Assembly: GCA_963768655.1 (NCBI GenBank)
Contig: CAVYIM010000003.1
Coordinates: 416,001 to 480,000, forward strand
Source of the DNA: an uncultured Chloroflexia bacterium
Lineage (GTDB): Bacteria; Chloroflexota; Limnocylindria; Limnocylindrales; CSP1-4
Direction of reading: 5' to 3'
DNA: 64,000 nucleotides
Below the pieces are notes generated by a model. The model saw only the letters and a program-made list of their open reading frames with translations, was not told where the DNA came from and ran no database searches. Both the position numbers and the translations under genes were made by a program. Below are positions 59,176-64,000 of this stretch, piece by piece (the stretch's first letter is position 1; every line of letters begins with the position of its first letter).

Positions 59176-61069
59176 ATGAGGCTGGTAGGCTCGAAGCCGG
59201 GGCCGGCGTCGACACGTATGCGAGGGCGCAGGCCATTCATCGCTTCGCCGCTTCTGGCGGCGCTAGCGCTCGGCCTGGTCGGCGTCATGGCCGCCGGCCT
59301 CGCCGCGGCCGGCCCCACGCTGGCCGCCAAACCGACGCGCGACGCCAAACCGACGGCGACCGCCAAGGCCAAAGCGACCGCCAAACCGACCGCGACCGCC
59401 AAACCGACCCCCGTGCCCGAGCCGACGATGTCGCCGTTAGTCTCGGGGCGCCACGTCTACGACTACGGCAAGGTCCTCTCCACTGGCTCCGCAACCCTGG
59501 CCGAGACGCTGGCGGCCAAGATCGAGGCCGAGGGTGGCGGCCGGGTGGTGATCTACACGACCGCCCAGCCCGAGGACATGCCCGACAGCGGCGCGCTGAC
59601 CAAGGACTGGCATATCGACGGCCTGCTGCTGGCCGGCACGGACGGTGACGGCGAGCTGACCATGGGCGCGACCCTCACGGGCAAGCTCAGCAAGGATCAG
59701 GCAGGCGCTATCGACGAATCGTCGGGACCGCAAACGCTCGAGAGCTGGATCATGACCTCCCTGGCTCGCGTGGATGGGTTCCTGAGCGGAACGCATGTCT
59801 TCGACGGCACGGGCATCCTGGACGCGACCGGCAAGCAGAAGGCCGAGGCCGCGGCCACGGCGCTGTCCGGCAAGATCGGCGCGCCCGTCTACGTCGACAT
59901 CTCCATCGGCGGGAAGGACCCTTCGACCGGGGCCTTCTTCAACGTCGCAGACGTGTCCGACGCTTTCGAGAATTCACTTGTCGTCGCGCTGAGCGTCTAC
60001 GACACGGAAATCGCCGGCTACATCCAGACGAACGACTCGAATCTGTGGGATAGCTACCACGACGTCGCACCCTGGAAATCTGACACGCTGAACGACGAGG
60101 CGGCACCCGGCGGTGACGTCCAGGCGGCGCTGCTGGCGGCGATCGCTGCGGTCCAGGGCGGCTCGGCCGAATTCTGCTTCTGGGGTCGGTGGGATCGGGT
60201 GGGATACCTGGTTCTGGATCATCTTCACCGTGGTGGTCGTCGGCTTCGGAGTCAGCAGCATATTCTGGGGCGGCTGGCTGATCCGCAAGATCAGCGGCGT
60301 CTCGGGTCCCATCAAGGGCGGCCTGCCCGGTGACGCGGTCATCGAGAGCATCACCGACACGGGCACGACCGTGTCGATGTCGGGCGTAGGTGCCAACGCG
60401 CCGGAATACAAGTTCGGCCTGCAGGTCACCCCGGCGGCCGGCGGCGCCCCGTACGCGGTCGAGGCGAAAGCCCTCGTCCCGCGGCTGTACATCCCGATGG
60501 TCGTGCCCGGGGCCCACGTCGGGGTCCTGATCGACCCGAACGATCCGCAGAAGGTCTCGGTCGACTTCAGCCAGATGGGCGGCAGTTCGGCGGCAGACTG
60601 GGCGGGCGCGGCTGCCGGTGGGACCGGCGGCCCCGGTGGGACCGGCGGCCCCGGCGGCATGAACCTCCAGTTCGACGCCAACGGCCAGCCCGTGGCGGGC
60701 GACGTTGCGGCCATGATCGGAGCCGTCCGCAGTGGGACGCTGCCCACGATCAAGGGCAGCGCCGATCAACTTCTGGCCACCGGTACTCACGGCACCGCGG
60801 TCATCACCTCGGCCCAGCCGCTCGGCAAGACCGTCCGCGACATCAATCCGGCGGCCGACCCCTCGCGTCTGGACGACCCGATCTGGGTCTTCACCGTCGA
60901 GGTCACGGTCGCCGGCGAGAACCCGTTCCCCGCCGTGTTCGGTCATCGCGTTCCAGTGGCCAAGCTGGCCACGGTGGCTCCCGGCGTGAAGCTGGCCATC
61001 GCTGTCGACATGTCCGACCGCCACAACGAGGTCGCCATCGACTGGGACAAGTCGCCGATCAGCGCCTGA
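59176..61069 (+). CDS. Signal peptide + two TPM-like domains + TM + tandem beta domains; frameshift near 60166
   Basis: ORF 59176..60333 (HVYDYGKVLS and HVFDGTGILD TPM-like starts) joins ORF 60113..61069 (TM plus paralogue of 58228..58986) through a one-frame shift; the second part has no evident RBS/start. Confidence 0.7.
60615..60650 (+). repeat. 18-bp tandem duplication (GGTGGP x2) in the interdomain linker
   Basis: CCGGTGGGACCGGCGGCC x2. Confidence 0.85.
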
Positions 61070-61206
61070 GAGCAAGCGCCGTTCCGGGCTCCGTCGACGC
61101 CGGTGGGTTTGCCGTGCGGTTTCGGCTGGCTACCGGGCTGGCTGCTTGACGTGGGGCAGCGTCGGCGTGAACATCCCGCCCATGTCTGCCCCCGTCGCGA
61201 CCGCTG

Positions 61207-62406
61207 ATGTTTAGCTCCCTGCTCGTCATCATCCTGGCCGGACTCGCCGGGCCGTTCCTTGCCGCCGGGCGGCGGCCGCTGATCCCGGCCGTCGTGGGCG
61301 AGCTGATAGCCGGCATCGCCCTCGGCCGTTCCGGCCTCGGACTGGTCGACTCGACGACGCCCACCAACGCCCTCCTGTATGGCCTTGGCTTCGCGATGCT
61401 CATGCTCGTGGCGGGCTCTCGCGTGGATCTGGATTCTCCAGGCCTCCGTGCGGGCGTTCGGACGGGCGCGATCGCGGCCATCGTGGTTGCCGTTCTATCG
61501 TTGCCAGTCGGGCTGGTCATAGGTGCGACCCTCGAGCCCGGCGCGCCGGCCCTCCTGTTCCCGATCCTGCTCGCCGGAAGCTCGGCCGCCGTCGCCTTCC
61601 CAATCCTCGAAGAGCGCGGGCTGATCGGGCCCGGCGTGGGGTTGCTCCTTGTCTGGATTCCTCTGGCCGACGCGATCACCGTCCTGCTCATGCCCCTCAC
61701 ACTGATCGGCCCCGCGAAGATCCCGGCGGCGCTGGGTGGCGACGCCCTGATCGTCGCCTGCACGGTCGGCGCGCTGTGGTTCGGTGAGCGTATCAGCCGT
61801 TCCCCGCGCGCCATGACCCTGCGCGACCGGTCGCGGACGCGAGGCTGGGCGCTCCAGCTGCGCGTCACACTGCTGATCCTCGTGTTCCTGTCCCTCATCG
61901 CCTCCCAGACGGGCGGCTCGACTCTGCTCGCGGGCTTCGGGGCGGGCCTCGTCCTTGCCCGGCTCCGCGAGCCGACCCGTCTGGAAGTGCAGCTCTCAGG
62001 CATCGCTGAAGGGTTCTTCGTGCCGGCCTTCTTCGTGCTCATCGGCTCCGAGCTCGACCTCCGGGCGCTGGCGGGCGATCCGCAGGCCATCCTGCTTGCC
62101 CTCGCCATAGCCGCGTGCGGCCTGGCAATTCATCTCGTCGCGAGCCGGGTTGTGGCGCCGCCGCCGTGGAGCGGATTTGGCCTGGCTGCGGCGGCCCAGC
62201 TCGGTCTGCCGGCCGCGGCCGCTTCCCTCGGCCTTGGAACGGGCGCGCTCTCACCGGCCGTCGCCGCCGCGCTCGTGCTGGGTGGCTGCCTCACGATTCT
62301 CCCGGCCTCGATCGGAACACGCAGACTGGCCGATGCGCTCGCCGCCACGTCTCCCGGCGAGGCCGGGATCGGAACGATGGCGACCCAAAACGCGCCCGTT
62401 CCCTGA
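61207..62406 (+). CDS. Cation:proton antiporter (CPA2 / Na+/H+ exchanger family)
   Basis: P.VVGELIAGIALG, GFAMLMLVAG, SSAAVAFPIL, FFVPAFFVLIG; very hydrophobic. Confidence 0.85.
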   Translation: MFSSLLVIILAGLAGPFLAAGRRPLIPAVVGELIAGIALGRSGLGLVDSTTPTNALLYGLGFAMLMLVAGSRVDLDSPGLRAGVRTGAIAAIVVAVLSLPVGLVIGATLEPGAPALLFPILLAGSSAAVAFPILEERGLIGPGVGLLLVWIPLADAITVLLMPLTLIGPAKIPAALGGDALIVACTVGALWFGERISRSPRAMTLRDRSRTRGWALQLRVTLLILVFLSLIASQTGGSTLLAGFGAGLVLARLREPTRLEVQLSGIAEGFFVPAFFVLIGSELDLRALAGDPQAILLALAIAACGLAIHLVASRVVAPPPWSGFGLAAAAQLGLPAAAASLGLGTGALSPAVAAALVLGGCLTILPASIGTRRLADALAATSPGEAGIGTMATQNAPVP

Positions 62407-62559
62407 TGGCCGGGGTCCTGAAAGGCTCGCAGTCCTAGACTTGGGGCCGGCCTCCCGGAACCAGCCGGGTGGCCTGGCGGCGGGGCTGCCCACGGGCGCC
62501 GACACGGGAGCCAATCCCGGCCCGACGCCACGGCTTCGGCACATCGGAGGCACCGCGGA

Positions 62560-63303
62560 ATGGATCTCGAAGGCGCAGTCGTCATCGTCACCGGAGCCTC
62601 GTCGGGCATCGGCGCGGCGACCGCCCGGCTGGTGGCCTCACGCGGGGCCAGGGTGGTGCTCGCCGCGCGCCGCAGCGAGCGGATCGAAGCCCTGGCTCAC
62701 GAACTCCCGGACGCGCTCGCGGTTCTGACGGATCTGCGCGATCCGGCGCAGATCGTCCGGCTGGCGGACGCGACCCTGGATCGCTTCGGACGCGTCGACG
62801 TGCTCGTCAACAACGCCGGGCAGGGCCTCCACGTGCCGGTCGAGCAGGTTCGGCTCGACGACCTGACGGCTGTGACCCAGCTCAACTTCTATGCGCCCCT
62901 TCTGGCCATGCAGGCGGTCATCCCGGCGATGCGCCGCCAGGGCGGTGGGGCGATCGTGAACGTCAGCTCGATGACGTCCCGAATGGTTCTCCCCGGCGTC
63001 GGTGGCTACTCGGCCACGAAGGCCGCCCTCAACATGCTCTCGCAAGTGGCTCGTCGAGAGCTTGCGCCCGACCGCATCGTCGTGTCGTTGGTCTACCCGG
63101 CCGTGACTGCCACGGAGTTCCACCAGTCGCTGGCCGCCGGGGGTCGGGTCGGCGGCGGATCGTGGGCGGCGAAGCCTCATTCGGCCGAGCATGTGGCCGA
63201 GGCGATCGTCGGCGTCATCGGGTCCGGCGAGGAAGAAGTGCTGCTGACGCAGGGCTGGGATGGCGGCGCTGCCGATCGCCGTAGCCCTGGACAGACGCCG
63301 TAG
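62560..63303 (+). CDS. Short-chain dehydrogenase/reductase
   Basis: TGASSGIG, NNAG, NVSS, YSATK. Confidence 0.93.
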   Translation: MDLEGAVVIVTGASSGIGAATARLVASRGARVVLAARRSERIEALAHELPDALAVLTDLRDPAQIVRLADATLDRFGRVDVLVNNAGQGLHVPVEQVRLDDLTAVTQLNFYAPLLAMQAVIPAMRRQGGGAIVNVSSMTSRMVLPGVGGYSATKAALNMLSQVARRELAPDRIVVSLVYPAVTATEFHQSLAAGGRVGGGSWAAKPHSAEHVAEAIVGVIGSGEEEVLLTQGWDGGAADRRSPGQTP

Positions 63304-63496
63304 CGACGTTCGATCGGCCGCTGAGCCAGGCGCCCTCGCGCCATGGAACGCGCGGTTTCTCCTGACCCAGGGCTCTCGGATGCCCGAACATTCGCGTACG
63401 ATCACGGCACGCGACGTCGACGTTCCAGGAGCACCGTTCGCGCCACGATCCACTTTCGGCTTCGTCCGGCCGCCCATGTCAGCCAGGAGAGAATCG

Positions 63497-63955
63497 ATGA
63501 GCGTCAATTTCGTGCACGTCCCGCATCCGCGCATTGCCCAGCGCAAGAAGACGGGAGCGCCGAAGACCACCGACGAGCACGTCGGGTTCAACGGCAAGAT
63601 CGCTCTCGCTCTCACCACGATCGTTGGAACGATGTGGTGCGCCTATGCGTTTGCGGTCCTGGCGCTTGTGGCGCTGCCGTCGGCCATCAGCCAGGGCACA
63701 GTCCTCGCGCTCGTCTCGTGGCTGAGCCAGACGTTCATCCAGTTGGTCATGCTGTCGGTCATCATGGTCGGCCAGAACATCCTCTCCCGAGCATCGGACA
63801 AACGGGCCGAGATGACCTACCAGGACGCCGACGCCACCTTCCATGAGTCCGAACAGATCCAGTCACATCTGCTCGAGCAGGACCACGCCATCAACGAGCT
63901 GCTCGACAAGATCGCCCAGCTGGAAGCGGCTCTGATCAAGGCCAAGCTGGCCTGA
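63497..63955 (+). CDS. Small membrane protein (DUF1003-like) with C-terminal coiled coil
   Basis: AGGAG RBS before ATG 63497; VGTMWCAYAF, WLSQTFIQLVMLSVIMVGQN. Confidence 0.8.
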   Translation: MSVNFVHVPHPRIAQRKKTGAPKTTDEHVGFNGKIALALTTIVGTMWCAYAFAVLALVALPSAISQGTVLALVSWLSQTFIQLVMLSVIMVGQNILSRASDKRAEMTYQDADATFHESEQIQSHLLEQDHAINELLDKIAQLEAALIKAKLA

Positions 63956-64000
63956 GGCGCGGTGTGGGGCCGGACCGACGGGCCGCCGGCTCGGGCCGGC

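Noticed and set aside
59320-59415. GCCAAACCGAC-type short repeats
   Set aside because: Encode an AKPT low-complexity linker, like the Pro/Thr linkers in other exported proteins here
61160-61215. Resemblance to a fluoride (crcB) riboswitch
   Set aside because: Lacks the conserved GAUG in the first loop and the pseudoknot register differs; kept only as an unknown-structure finding
1-64000. tRNA, rRNA, CRISPR array, transposase, integrase or prophage genes
   Set aside because: None recognised by eye; tRNAscan-SE, Infernal and a CRISPR finder would be needed to exclude them formally

Overview
Very GC-rich bacterial chromosomal segment with about 55 protein-coding genes. I saw no rRNA, tRNA, CRISPR array, integrase or transposase. 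The gene content (many Pro/Thr-linker lipoproteins, F420-type enzymes, HicB-DinB fusion, compact men operon) suggests a monoderm such as Chloroflexota (Limnocylindria-like) or Actinomycetota; this is inference only. Recognisable blocks: malic enzyme, alanine dehydrogenase, phosphoglucomutase, acid phosphatase; ECF sigma/anti-sigma; AmmeMemoRadiSam (amrS-amrB, divergent amrA); HtrA with an OmpR/BaeS-type two-component system; ABC-2 exporter; a TetR-led menaquinone operon (tetR-menFDHBAC-menE::alpha/beta-hydrolase-MFS); polar amino-acid ABC importer; protease-MoxR-DUF58-VWA-VWA operon. Best leads: (1) the men operon sits behind a perfect 26-bp operator, lacks menI, has a hydrolase fused to MenE and ends in an MFS, suggesting a regulated DHNA make/release/transport module; (2) one direct-repeat promoter architecture recurs upstream of three envelope-proteostasis units; (3) a soluble and a TPM-receptor-tethered copy of the same unknown tandem beta-domain; (4) a membrane-anchored APAF-1/WD40 protein with no NTPase; (5) a lower-GC secreted protein plus lipoprotein pair resembling toxin/immunity. 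All family calls are from motif recognition, not database searches. Two frameshifts may be assembly errors.
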